From the NCBI GenBank assembly GCA_963836235.1, contig CAWIIP010000004.1:864001-928000 (forward strand): a DNA stretch of 64,000 nt, given 5' to 3'. Source of the stretch: an uncultured Pseudomonadota bacterium. GTDB lineage: Bacteria > Oederibacteriota > Muellerivitia > Muellerivitales > Muellerivitaceae. The notes beneath the pieces were generated by a model. That model did not search any database. It was not told the origin of the DNA and was given only the letters and a program-made list of their open reading frames with translations. Both the position numbers and the translations under genes were made by a program. Every line of letters begins with the position of its first letter. Position 1 is the stretch's first letter. Below are positions 9,758 to 19,543 of this stretch, in pieces.

Positions 9758-10166
9758 AAAAAGCGTTCTTGAAAATGCCTTCACGGACGACCGTTATTGC
9801 CTTTGTTGTGGGGAAAAGAATCCGTTGGGATTCAAAATGAAGTTCCGTTATGAAGTGGAGAAGCTTTTGTCGGAAACGGTTATCCCGAAGGAGTACCAGG
9901 GTTTTGCCAATGTGGTCCATGGCGGTGTGCTCGGAACACTTTTAGACGAGATGATGGTCAATCTTTATTGGCTCAAGGGCGAAAAGGCGGTCACGGCGGA
10001 GTATCAAGTGCGGCTAAAGGCTCCTTGCCCGGTAAATCAAAAAGTGTTGTTGTCGGCTTGGCATGTGGAAACCAAAAGAAATATTCTCTTAACGGAAGCG
10101 GAAGCCAAGCTGGAAGATGGAACGGTGGTGGCGGAAGCCACGGCAAAATGCATGAGAATACAGTAA
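9750..10166 (+). CDS. PaaI-family hotdog-fold thioesterase
   Basis: CLCCGEKNPLG, YQGFANVVHGGVLGTLLDE; probable GTG start at 9750 overlapping the mtnA stop. Confidence 0.85.
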   Translation: MNKKSVLENAFTDDRYCLCCGEKNPLGFKMKFRYEVEKLLSETVIPKEYQGFANVVHGGVLGTLLDEMMVNLYWLKGEKAVTAEYQVRLKAPCPVNQKVLLSAWHVETKRNILLTEAEAKLEDGTVVAEATAKCMRIQ

Positions 10167-10253
10167 TGCTGTTGCAGGATATTCGTTTCCTGTTACACTG
10201 TGGGCCGAAAGCAACCTGGTTGTTTTTGAATCATATTAATGGAGGGCACTGGA

Positions 10254-10358
10254 ATGCCTTGTGGTAAAAAGCGCCATCGTCAAAAAATTAAAACCCATAA
10301 ACGCAAAAAACACCGCAAAAAGATGCGGGCCTTGCTGCGTCGGCAAGGTAGACTTTAA
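10254..10358 (+). CDS. Small basic protein, bS22 / AURKAIP1-COX24-like 30S ribosomal protein (not in ORF track)
   Basis: GGAGG 10241-10245, ATG 10254, MPCGKKRHRQKIKTHKRKKHRKKMRALLRRQGRL*, TAA 10356-10358; resembles the MPxGKKRKRxKxxTHKRKK pattern. Confidence 0.8.
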   Translation: MPCGKKRHRQKIKTHKRKKHRKKMRALLRRQGRL

Positions 10359-10364
10359 TTTAAA

Positions 10365-12512
10365 TTGGCGTTGGTGAACCACTCTTCTACACCCTCAAGG
10401 CGCAACGTGGGAAAGTGGTTTGCCTATGTCGGGATCGCGGCGACTTTCTTTTTGGCTGGCAGCGGTGTTTGCATCCGACAACTGGCCGATGTTCCGCCCA
10501 GATGGCTTATTCTTTCCTGGGCCTTAACGTTTTTTTGGCTTTTCTTTCTTATCCGTATTCACGCATTTTCAAAATCGAATCGCGCTTTGTTTTTGTTGGG
10601 AACCGTTATTGGGTTCAATCTGTTGGCCCAAAGTACGGGGGGGGAACAATCGCCGCTCCTTTTTGGCGTTTTCCTTTTAATGGGCATAGCCGCTTGGGAA
10701 GGTGAAGCTCTCTTTGGCTACTGGGTGGCTTTGGTGTTTATCTTTTTGGAAGCCTTTTATCTTCGAAAAGAGGATGCTCCCCAAGGTTTATCCCTATACC
10801 TACGTTGGGCGGCTTATCTTGTTTCCGCTTTTTTCTTAACTCGAGTGGTTAAGACGCGCAAAGAAAAAGAACAGTTGAACCATCGTTTGGAATCCCTCAA
10901 AAACGATGCCATCCAATTGGCATCAGAAGCCGAACCCTCCTCCTTTAATGTCCCAAAAGATAAACTTTTGATGGAAGAAAATCGCCTTTCAGCCCGCGTA
11001 GGAACCGTGATGGAATTGGAGGATAATTTATCTCGGCAGTTGTCACTTTTTCAAAAATCGCTTTCCCTCCACACCGCCGCGTTTTTTCTTTTAACCCACG
11101 TTCAGGATAAGAAAGTCCTGCGGCTCAGGGCTTCTTCAAGCCTTTCAGATTCTATTGCGTCGGACGTGACGTTGTTGCCGGGAGAAAGCCTTGTGGGACT
11201 TTCAGCGAAGGAAGGACGGCGCGTTCTTTTGAACCAAATTGCACCCGAAAGCGCAAAGGCTTTGCCTTATTATTTAAAACCGAATTTAGTTTCGTCTTTT
11301 TTAGTCCAACCGATTTATCTAAAAAATAACCCTCCGGATGCTGGCCCGATTGATGAGATGGAAATGGTAGGGGTTTTGGTGTTAGACAGTGAAAAGACCG
11401 ACTTTTTTGGCGTGAAAGAATTGGCTCTGATAGAGCAGTTTTCGGCGATGCTGGCTGATACCGTTCAAAATGCCCGGATTATGCATTTTTCAAGGGCTAA
11501 AACAAGAAATCTTCACGCCCTCTACGATGTTTCCAATTCATTTTCGACTTTGCTTGATTTAAATCGAGTATTGGAAACGTCTTTGAAAACCGCCAGTGAA
11601 ATATCATCGTGCGATTCGGCATATGTGGCTTTGGCGGAGGGGGATGGAAAAAGATTTAATGTACGAGCTTGGTGGGGACCCGCTCGTGGAGGTGAAAAAC
11701 CCACACAACTTGAGGACGAACTGGCTGTTTGGGTTTTGGAGAATAAAAAACCTATTCGGTATACGCGCGGCCAAAAGGATAAGAGCCTTAGTTCGTTTTC
11801 CAAAAAGGAAGGAATGCTTGGCACCATTCAATCTTTTCTGATGGTTCCACTTATGGTTGGGGAAAACGTCCTTGGTGTTATCAGATTAAACAGTATTCGA
11901 CCGGATTCATATCAGGCTTATGACCAAGATGTTTTAACTACTTTGGCAAATCAGACAGCCATGGCCTTGGAAAATGCCTTAATGGTTCAGCAAATCCGTG
12001 ATATGGCCATAAGGGATGGATTGACGGGCGCTTACAATCATCGCTATTTTCAGGAGAAGCTGGCTGAAGAAATAACGAAAGCGGAACGTTATAACAAGGA
12101 TTTAAGCTTGGCACTTTTAGATGTTGACCACTTCAAGAAATTTAACGACAGTTATGGACATCAAGAAGGTGATAAAGTGCTTCGGATCGTTTCGGAAATT
12201 ATCCAGGCGACTGTCCGGAATAAAATTGATACGGTGGCACGCTATGGCGGGGAAGAGTTCACGGCTATTCTCCCGGAGTCAGATGGTAATGTGGGAAAAG
12301 ATCTAGTAGAAAGAATTCGGAAAAACATTGAAGGTTACTTATTTGAAAATAACGGGAAAAGTCTTTATCGAGTTACGGTGTCAATAGGGATTGCCTCATA
12401 TCCTTTCGATGCTCGTGATCAAAAGGTATTAATTCAATTGGCCGATCAGGCGCTCTACGAAGCAAAAAACGCTGGTCGAAATTGTGTTAGAAGATTTAAA
12501 ACTTCAAAATAG
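10365..12512 (+). CDS. Membrane-anchored sensor diguanylate cyclase (TM-GAF-GAF-GGDEF)
   Basis: Several N-terminal TM helices, two GAF-like blocks, RDGLTGAYNHRYF, DVDHFKKFNDSYGHQEGD, ARYGGEEF. Confidence 0.93.
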   Translation: MALVNHSSTPSRRNVGKWFAYVGIAATFFLAGSGVCIRQLADVPPRWLILSWALTFFWLFFLIRIHAFSKSNRALFLLGTVIGFNLLAQSTGGEQSPLLFGVFLLMGIAAWEGEALFGYWVALVFIFLEAFYLRKEDAPQGLSLYLRWAAYLVSAFFLTRVVKTRKEKEQLNHRLESLKNDAIQLASEAEPSSFNVPKDKLLMEENRLSARVGTVMELEDNLSRQLSLFQKSLSLHTAAFFLLTHVQDKKVLRLRASSSLSDSIASDVTLLPGESLVGLSAKEGRRVLLNQIAPESAKALPYYLKPNLVSSFLVQPIYLKNNPPDAGPIDEMEMVGVLVLDSEKTDFFGVKELALIEQFSAMLADTVQNARIMHFSRAKTRNLHALYDVSNSFSTLLDLNRVLETSLKTASEISSCDSAYVALAEGDGKRFNVRAWWGPARGGEKPTQLEDELAVWVLENKKPIRYTRGQKDKSLSSFSKKEGMLGTIQSFLMVPLMVGENVLGVIRLNSIRPDSYQAYDQDVLTTLANQTAMALENALMVQQIRDMAIRDGLTGAYNHRYFQEKLAEEITKAERYNKDLSLALLDVDHFKKFNDSYGHQEGDKVLRIVSEIIQATVRNKIDTVARYGGEEFTAILPESDGNVGKDLVERIRKNIEGYLFENNGKSLYRVTVSIGIASYPFDARDQKVLIQLADQALYEAKNAGRNCVRRFKTSK

Positions 12513-12719
12513 TTTTCCAAATAAGCGTTGAGGGTTTTTTAATATGAATCCCCCATATATTGTGTGGTTGAATTAAACCCTACTAAAAACAGTGTGCTTG
12601 GAGAAAAAAACTTCACTCATCACAACTTCTAAGTCTTCTTAGCTTCCTATTTTGTTGTCTTACAATGACATTATCACCATGCTTACTAAGGTGTTGTCAA
12701 CCGACCAAATGAGAGTGGC

Positions 12720-12980
12720 ATGATACTGACCATCAAAGAAATTGCGATAAAGATTGGTGTTCATGAACAGACACTTCGCAATTGGGAACGTCTTGGGTTG
12801 TTGAAGATATCCCGCATCGGTCGTAATCGAACTCGAATTTATAATGAGAAAGACATTCTGCTTTGCAAAAAAATTGCTGGTTTTTCTGACCAAGGAATAA
12901 ATCTGCGGGGTATAAAGGCTTTGCTTGCTCGTGAAAAAAATGAAAAAGGGAAACTCATTAACATTGGTCATCGGCAATGA
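12720..12980 (+). CDS. MerR-family (HspR-like) transcriptional regulator, DNA-binding domain only
   Basis: LTIKEIA..IGVHEQTLRNWERLGLL...RTRIYNEKD...GINLRGIK. Confidence 0.85.
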   Translation: MILTIKEIAIKIGVHEQTLRNWERLGLLKISRIGRNRTRIYNEKDILLCKKIAGFSDQGINLRGIKALLAREKNEKGKLINIGHRQ

Positions 12981-13068
12981 ATTTTGAAATTGAGAAAATC
13001 TTGTCAAGATTTAAGCTTGGGACAAGGTTGTATGCGTTGGAAATAAAGGGTTTCTAAGTTGTTATTTC

Positions 13069-13100
13069 TTGACAGAGATAAAAGCTTTGTCATAATGACA
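13069..13100 (+). promoter_or_regulatory. Candidate sigma70 promoter of the flgB operon, overlapped by palindrome TGTCA-TAA-TGACA
   Basis: TTGACA 13069-13074; TGnCATAAT 13088-13096; palindrome 13088-13100. Confidence 0.5.
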
Positions 13101-13221
13101 CTAATTTTTCGCCACTGACGGAAATTTGTGCCCTTGTTTCTTCTAGCTGCATCCAAGTCTTCTTTGAGAAAATGTTTAAGATTTTATTCGCTTGGATTGG
13201 ACTTTGTCCGGAGGAGCCAGC

Positions 13222-13644
13222 GTGGTTAACCCTGTCATACCTGTTGACCCTATGATGGTGTTGCAAAAAAGTCTTGATGCATTGGCGGTGCAACATGGTG
13301 CCATTGCAAATAATTTAGCAAATATTGATACACCTCAATTCAAACGTTCGATTGTTTCCTTTCAAGATAAATTAAAAAATGCTTTAGAGATTAATCCGCC
13401 CTCTGTTTTGTGGAGAACGAATCCGAGGCATTTTCCTATTCCGCAGACAGTTTCGCTGAGTAATTTTAAACCTGATGTTCAAACAATTACGGAAACGATA
13501 GGAAGAAATGATGGTAATAACGTAGATTTAGAAATGGAGTCGGGTCTTCTTGCCGAAAACAATCTTCTTTACAACAGTTTGGCGGATGTTACGGGCCGCT
13601 ATATCGCAGATCTGAAACATTCAATTACTGAAGGGAGGGCATAA
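13222..13644 (+). CDS. flgB: Flagellar basal-body rod protein FlgB
   Basis: IANNLANIDTPQFKR, RNDGNNVDLE; GGAGGAG RBS then GTG 13222. Confidence 0.95.
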   Translation: MVNPVIPVDPMMVLQKSLDALAVQHGAIANNLANIDTPQFKRSIVSFQDKLKNALEINPPSVLWRTNPRHFPIPQTVSLSNFKPDVQTITETIGRNDGNNVDLEMESGLLAENNLLYNSLADVTGRYIADLKHSITEGRA

Positions 13645-13647
13645 TTC

Positions 13648-14103
13648 ATGGGAGCTCTCTCGGGAGTTTTTGCGCCTTTTGCAATATCGGCTTCCGCATT
13701 AACGGCGGAACGATTGCGAATGGACGTTATTTCTAACAATATCGCCAATGCTAATACGACTAGAACACTAGATGGGGGTCCCTACATTCGCCAGCGAGTT
13801 GTTTTTGCTCCTCGTTTTGATGCGGCACCTACTTTTGCTCCATTATTGGCTACCATGACGCCAGAAGGGTTGCCAGTTGGAGTCCGAGTGACTTCGATTC
13901 AGAACGACCCGACGCCCCCCCACATGGTTTATGATCCGGGACACCCGGATGCGAATGCAGAGGGGTATGTAGCTTATCCGAATGTGAATGTTGTGAATGA
14001 AATGGTTGACATGATTTCTGCTACACGTGCTTATGAAGCGAATATAACGGCATTTAATGCAACTAAGTCTATGGCGTTGCAAGCTTTGACCATTGGAAAA
14101 TAA
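13648..14103 (+). CDS. flgC: Flagellar basal-body rod protein FlgC
   Basis: RMDVISNNIANANTTR, YDPGHPDANAEGYVAYPNVN. Confidence 0.97.
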   Translation: MGALSGVFAPFAISASALTAERLRMDVISNNIANANTTRTLDGGPYIRQRVVFAPRFDAAPTFAPLLATMTPEGLPVGVRVTSIQNDPTPPHMVYDPGHPDANAEGYVAYPNVNVVNEMVDMISATRAYEANITAFNATKSMALQALTIGK

Positions 14104-14140
14104 AATTTAAAAGAATTCTGAAATCGATTAAAGGTTTAAA

Positions 14141-14467
14141 ATGGAAATTCAGCCGATTCAAATGCCTATATCATTGACCCAAGGGATAATAACTCCGATT
14201 CGAGATATTTCAGTTGATGTATCGCAAAATACGGCCGAAGTATCACCCTCTAACTTTAAAGATTTACTGAAGAAGGCTTTAACTGATTTTAATGCGAGCC
14301 AAGTTGGGGCAAGTGATGCGATTAAGAGTCTAGCAATCGGTGGTGAGGACAATTTACATGATGTTATTATTGCCATGGAAAAGGCTAGCATGACGTTGCA
14401 ATATGGAATTCAAATACGCAACAAAATATTGGAAGCTTATCAGACCGTTAGTCAAATGCAGATTTAG
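14141..14467 (+). CDS. fliE: Flagellar hook-basal body protein FliE
   Basis: LHDVIIAMEKA...IRNKILEAYQ..SQMQI. Confidence 0.95.
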   Translation: MEIQPIQMPISLTQGIITPIRDISVDVSQNTAEVSPSNFKDLLKKALTDFNASQVGASDAIKSLAIGGEDNLHDVIIAMEKASMTLQYGIQIRNKILEAYQTVSQMQI

Positions 14468-14519
14468 TCGAACGTAATCAAAATTTGATTTTATTTGATC
14501 CTAAAACGGTGAGGAAAGA

Positions 14520-16169
14520 TTGAGCAATTTTCTCCAACAATTGATGCAGCAGTTCAGGGAAACTTGGGGGCGGTTTAATAGAACCCAGAAGGTACTTCTG
14601 GTGGCTATTCCGTTGGCTCTTTTTGTCGGCCTAATGGTTTTTATTCTGGTTTCTTCCCAATCGCGTTTTGAAGTCCTCTATTCCCATTTGGAACAAAAGG
14701 ATGCCGCCGAAGTGACGACGGAATTGAAAAAGGAAAATATTCCATATCATTTAGCGAGTAAAGATAATTTTGTGATGGTCTTAGTGCCGTCGGATAAGGT
14801 TTATGATACGCGGCTGGTACTTGCTGGCCAAGGACTTCCTCGGGGTACTGGAGTTGGTTACGAGATTTTTGACCAGCCGAAATGGGGTTCAACTGATTTT
14901 ACTCAAAAGGTGAATTATAAGAGGGCCTTAGAGGGAGAGCTGCAGCGAACAATCGGAAGTTTGCAACAAATTGAAAGTGCACGGGTTAGCATTGTCATGC
15001 CCGAGCCGGAACTTTTTACCGAAAAAGAGAAACCTACAACTGCCTCGGTCGTTTTGGAACTTAAGCCTGATGAGCAGGTTAAAAAAGAACAAGTTCGTGG
15101 GATTGTTCATCTGGTGTCCGCTAGTGTTGAGGGATTAAATCCGGAAAACGTTAGTGTCATAGATAGTAAGGGAAATATTCTTTCTGCGTTTATCCAAGAA
15201 GAACAACAAGAAAATAATCCTGATAGTCCGGACGGCAGTGTTCTCACGCAACAAGCAAAACTCACACTCCATGAAATGGAGGTTCAACAAAGTTTTGAAA
15301 AAGACTTGGAGCGAAAAGTAACGGTTATGTTGACCAAAGTTTTGGGTGGCAATAGTCGCTTTGCGGTTTCTGTGTCGGCTGAGTTAAATTTTGATAAAAC
15401 TGAGAATGATTCTGAAATTTTCGAACCGGTCGTGGATGGTCAAGGAATTGCCCGCTCTGTAGATGCCCAAAAGGAACAATATGTGGGCGATGGTGGTTTT
15501 CCAGCTAGTATTATTGGCGGGGTTCCGGGAACGGATTCGAATATTCCGGGTTACCAAGCGGTTCAGGGGTCCAATTCTCAATATTCCAAAGAACACACCA
15601 TTACAAATTACGAAGTCAATCGAACGGTTAAGCACAATGTTGTTGCTCCTGGTTCGCCAAAGAGAATTTCTGTGGGTGTTTTTGTCGATAACCTTCAACC
15701 CCAACAAGTTGATGCAATTAAAACGGCAGTCAGCGCAGCAGCGGGGTTGGATTTAAATCGGGGTGATCAGGTGGAAGTTGAGAATATGCCATTTGATAAC
15801 ACCCAAGCTTTGGCGAGCCTGAAGGAGACCCAGATGGAAGAACATCAAAATTTTATTATGACCCTCGGAAAGATTGGCCTGTTGGTTTTGATGGCCTTTG
15901 GGGTGTTGCTTTTCTTGAGATCTCTCCTAAAGCCTAAAAAAGAAAAGCAGTATGTTGAAACATTGGATGAGTTGCCTGAAGAGCCTGTCATGATGCCGCA
16001 GGTTGAAGACATTATCACCACAGATGTAACGGCTGAAGATTTAGCTCGCGCAGAGTCGGCTCGTGATGCTAAGAAGCGTGAAGCGGTCCGAAAAGAAGTT
16101 TTTGATATGGCGAACAAGAATCCGGAAAATATTGCCCAAATCATCAAGAAATGGCTCTCTGAGGAGTAG
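14520..16169 (+). CDS. fliF: Flagellar M-ring protein FliF
   Basis: GVGYEIFD, RALEGELQRTI, ASVEGL, GGVPGTDSN, TNYEVNR; two TM segments. Confidence 0.97.
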   Translation: MSNFLQQLMQQFRETWGRFNRTQKVLLVAIPLALFVGLMVFILVSSQSRFEVLYSHLEQKDAAEVTTELKKENIPYHLASKDNFVMVLVPSDKVYDTRLVLAGQGLPRGTGVGYEIFDQPKWGSTDFTQKVNYKRALEGELQRTIGSLQQIESARVSIVMPEPELFTEKEKPTTASVVLELKPDEQVKKEQVRGIVHLVSASVEGLNPENVSVIDSKGNILSAFIQEEQQENNPDSPDGSVLTQQAKLTLHEMEVQQSFEKDLERKVTVMLTKVLGGNSRFAVSVSAELNFDKTENDSEIFEPVVDGQGIARSVDAQKEQYVGDGGFPASIIGGVPGTDSNIPGYQAVQGSNSQYSKEHTITNYEVNRTVKHNVVAPGSPKRISVGVFVDNLQPQQVDAIKTAVSAAAGLDLNRGDQVEVENMPFDNTQALASLKETQMEEHQNFIMTLGKIGLLVLMAFGVLLFLRSLLKPKKEKQYVETLDELPEEPVMMPQVEDIITTDVTAEDLARAESARDAKKREAVRKEVFDMANKNPENIAQIIKKWLSEE

Positions 16170-16174
16170 TTTTT

Positions 16175-17194
16175 ATGGCGGAAACCAAAAAGAAAGCAGC
16201 GTTGACGGGTGAACAAAAAGCCGCCGCCCTATTGATTTCCTTGGGGCCGGAGCTTGCTGCTAAAATTTACCAACATCTGAAAGAGGAAACTGTTGAACAG
16301 GTGACTCTTCAGATTGCAAACTTAAGAAAAATTACACCTGACGAAAAAGACTCGGTAATGCAAGAGGTCCTGAACATTGCCGCGGCTCAAGAGTATATTT
16401 CACAGGGAGGGGTAGAATACGCCCATGAAATTCTTGAAAAAGCCTTAGGAGCTAATAAGGCGATGGAGATTATTAACCGTTTGCAGGGATCTCTGCAAAT
16501 GACTCCATTTGATTACATTAAAAGAACTGATCCCCAACAACTGCTTAATTTTATTCAATCGGAGCATCCTCAAACTATTGCGCTTATTTTGGCTCACTTG
16601 ACGCCAGACCATGCGGCGACCATTTTAGGCGCATTGCCAACAGATATTCAGGTGGATGTGGCAACCCGTATTGCTATCCTTGATAGGGCTGCGCCGGATG
16701 TTGTTATGGAAATTGAGAGGGTTTTGGAACGTCGAATTTCTTCGATCTTTACTCAGGAGTTTACTGCGGCGGGTGGTGTCCGTGCCTTGGCAGAAGTTCT
16801 TAATCGGGCGGATCGTTCGACAGAAAAAGCTATCATGGAGAAATTGGACGAAGTTAATCCTGAATTGGCCGAGGAAGTCAAACGACTCATGTTTGTATTT
16901 GATGATTTGGTTGCCTTGGATAATAGAACCATTCAGCAGATCTTACGCGAAGTTGACGCCAAGGATCTGGCTCTCGCTCTAAAGGGGGCGAAGGAAGAAG
17001 TGAAAGAACATCTTTTAAAGAACATGTCTAGCCGCGCCAAGGCTATGATTATTGAGGATATGGAAGTTATGGGCCCGGTGCGCTTAAAACACGCAGAGGA
17101 AGCCCAACAAAAGATTATTAACGTAGTTAGGCAGCTTGAAGAAATGGGTGAAATCGTTGTCGCTCGTGGCGGTGAAGAAGAGGTTATGATTTAA
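16175..17194 (+). CDS. fliG: Flagellar motor switch protein FliG
   Basis: QKAAALLISLG, EHPQTIALIL, MFVFDDL, NMSSRA, GPVRL. Confidence 0.98.
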   Translation: MAETKKKAALTGEQKAAALLISLGPELAAKIYQHLKEETVEQVTLQIANLRKITPDEKDSVMQEVLNIAAAQEYISQGGVEYAHEILEKALGANKAMEIINRLQGSLQMTPFDYIKRTDPQQLLNFIQSEHPQTIALILAHLTPDHAATILGALPTDIQVDVATRIAILDRAAPDVVMEIERVLERRISSIFTQEFTAAGGVRALAEVLNRADRSTEKAIMEKLDEVNPELAEEVKRLMFVFDDLVALDNRTIQQILREVDAKDLALALKGAKEEVKEHLLKNMSSRAKAMIIEDMEVMGPVRLKHAEEAQQKIINVVRQLEEMGEIVVARGGEEEVMI

Positions 17195-17260
17195 GACTTT
17201 CGTAAGTTCTAGTTTAGCTGCATGAACTGAAAGCAGTTCTTTGTTAGGAGTGTAATTGAA

Positions 17261-18172
17261 ATGAGTCGCGAGGTTCTTTCGACACCAAACTACCAGTATT
17301 TAGAACAGGGTTATCTCGTTGATAATACGACTTGGCAGGAAGTGATAAGACGACGTTTTGATGCGGAAGTGAATCCGAAAATTACCGAGCATCGGCCGAC
17401 TCTGAATCCGGAAGAATTTCAGCCTTTTTTGTTGCCAGAAAACCCAGAGGCGGTTGAAACGATAAGGCCTGTTGAGCCAAGTAAAGAAGAAGTGGCAGAA
17501 AAATTAAAGATAGAAGCTGAAGAAGAGGCGAAATTAATCGAGCAGACTGCCCGAAAGAATGCTTTCGAAATAGTGGAGACGGCTCGTTGGGAAGCAAGTG
17601 ATTTGATCGCAAAAGCAAAAGAAGATGCTGAAAAAGAGTTATCGCAGTTAAAAGAAAAGGCTTGCGAAGAGGGTCGGAAAGAAGGTCTGGAAAAAGGCCA
17701 ATCCGAAGGATTTGAGAATGGTCGAAAGGATGGTCAACAAACGTATTCAGAAGTAATTGAAAAATGGAATGGTTTGTTGACCGAAACACTTTTGGAAAGA
17801 AAAAGACTTTTGGGGGAGTTTCGGCCCCTATTGGTTGAGTTGGTTGGGGAGGCACTTTATCGGTGCTTAAAAAAAGAGGCAAAAAGGCATAGTCAGGTTG
17901 CTCTTGAAATGGTTCAAGAAGTCTTGAAGAAAGCTCAAGATCGGGTTTTACTAAAATTACACTTAAATCCGGAAGATGTTGAAGAGGTTGAAAGTCAAAA
18001 AGAAAAATTGCAATTGTCGGTGGGCGCAAGTGAAATTGAGATAGTGTCAGATGCTCGTATTGAACGCGGTGGTTGTGTTCTTGAAACAGAGGCGGGTACA
18101 GTTGACGGTCGATTGCCGACCGTAGTTGAACAAGTTAAAAATTCCCTTACTGAGGGAATTTCTTTGAAGTGA
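17261..18172 (+). CDS. fliH: Flagellar assembly protein FliH
   Basis: GxxxG repeats (EGRKEGLEKGQSEGFENG), LNPED, RGGCVLETEAGTVDG. Confidence 0.9.
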   Translation: MSREVLSTPNYQYLEQGYLVDNTTWQEVIRRRFDAEVNPKITEHRPTLNPEEFQPFLLPENPEAVETIRPVEPSKEEVAEKLKIEAEEEAKLIEQTARKNAFEIVETARWEASDLIAKAKEDAEKELSQLKEKACEEGRKEGLEKGQSEGFENGRKDGQQTYSEVIEKWNGLLTETLLERKRLLGEFRPLLVELVGEALYRCLKKEAKRHSQVALEMVQEVLKKAQDRVLLKLHLNPEDVEEVESQKEKLQLSVGASEIEIVSDARIERGGCVLETEAGTVDGRLPTVVEQVKNSLTEGISLK

Positions 18173-19536
18173 AAGAAAGGCCGGGAAAAGTTGAAATGAA
18201 TTCTACTTTAAATGACATTCTTCCCCCACTGGATGATTTTAAGAAGCGATTGGAAGAAGTGGATATTACCCCGGTCAATGGTCGAGTCGAGCAGGTAGTT
18301 GGTTTAGTGATTGAAGCTACTGGACCTTCGGCATCGGTTGGTGAGGCTTGTTGGATAACATCATCGGATGGTCAAGGGCGGCCGGTTTTGGCCGAAGTCG
18401 TGGGTTTTCGCCAGCATCGTGTTTTGTTGATGCCTTTAGGAGAAATGAGGGGTTTGGGACCTGGCAGCGAAGTTGTTAGAACCGGACAGCCTTTTAAGAT
18501 TATGGTTGGTAAAGGCTTATTGGGGCGGGTAATTGACGCTATGGGTAAACCTTTGGATGGAAAGGGGCCATTAGGCCCCACTGAAGAAAGTTATCCTATC
18601 CACCAGGAACCTCCTTCTGCAATGCAACGGCGTCGAATTGAAATGCCGGTGGCGACAGGAGTGAGGGCCATTGATTCACTTTTGACCCTTGGAGAAGGGC
18701 AACGGCTTGGTATTTTTGCTGGTTCCGGCGTTGGAAAAAGCACGCTGTTAGGAATGATTGCTCGCAATACCGAAGCGGATATTAACGTGATCGGATTAGT
18801 AGGAGAACGCGGAAGGGAAGTAAGAGACTTTCTAGAAAGAGATTTGGGGGATAAGGGATTGGCTCGAAGCGTAGTGGTGGTCGCTACTTCCGATCAGCCT
18901 TCTCTCATCCGAATTCAAGCAGCTTTGGTGGCGACAGCGGTTGCAGAATACTTCCGGGACCAAGGGAAACGAGTGATGTTAATGATGGACTCGATTACTC
19001 GTTTTGCCATGGCACAAAGGGAAGTGGGCTTGGCGATAGGGGAACCACCCACTACTAAGGGATATACACCGTCGGTATTTGCCTTGTTGCCGAAGCTCTT
19101 AGAGCGTGCTGGTACGACTTCTCACCAAGGAAGCATTACTGGCCTTTATTCGATTCTGGTGGAAGCGGATGATATGAATGAGCCTATAGCTGACGCTTGT
19201 CGGGCTATTTTGGATGGACATGTTGTCTTATCCCGTGAATTGGCGGCACAAAGTCATTATCCGGCGATTGATATATTGAATAGTGTTTCTCGCGTAATGC
19301 GGGATATTGTAGGGCCTGACCAGACTGTAGCGGCGAGCAAAATCCGTTCTGTTTTGGCGACTTACAAGAGTGTTGAGGATATGATTTCCATTGGCGCATA
19401 TGTGAAAGGTGCCAATCCTAAGGTGGACGAAGCGTTAAAGCGTCTTGATGCGGTTCAAACTTTTTTGCGACAATCTCGCGAAGAAAAGGCTCTCTGGAGT
19501 GACACGCTTCAAAAAATGAAAATTTTCTTGAGTTAA
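18169..19536 (+). CDS. fliI: Flagellar export ATPase FliI
   Basis: GIFAGSGVGKST, GERGREV, MDSITRFA, GEPPTTKGY. Confidence 0.97.
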   Translation: MKERPGKVEMNSTLNDILPPLDDFKKRLEEVDITPVNGRVEQVVGLVIEATGPSASVGEACWITSSDGQGRPVLAEVVGFRQHRVLLMPLGEMRGLGPGSEVVRTGQPFKIMVGKGLLGRVIDAMGKPLDGKGPLGPTEESYPIHQEPPSAMQRRRIEMPVATGVRAIDSLLTLGEGQRLGIFAGSGVGKSTLLGMIARNTEADINVIGLVGERGREVRDFLERDLGDKGLARSVVVVATSDQPSLIRIQAALVATAVAEYFRDQGKRVMLMMDSITRFAMAQREVGLAIGEPPTTKGYTPSVFALLPKLLERAGTTSHQGSITGLYSILVEADDMNEPIADACRAILDGHVVLSRELAAQSHYPAIDILNSVSRVMRDIVGPDQTVAASKIRSVLATYKSVEDMISIGAYVKGANPKVDEALKRLDAVQTFLRQSREEKALWSDTLQKMKIFLS

Positions 19537-19543
19537 GATAGAA

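Noticed and set aside
9968-10267. 99-aa + strand ORF overlapping the thioesterase
   Set aside because: Alternative frame; the thioesterase and the bS22-like ORF explain the region.
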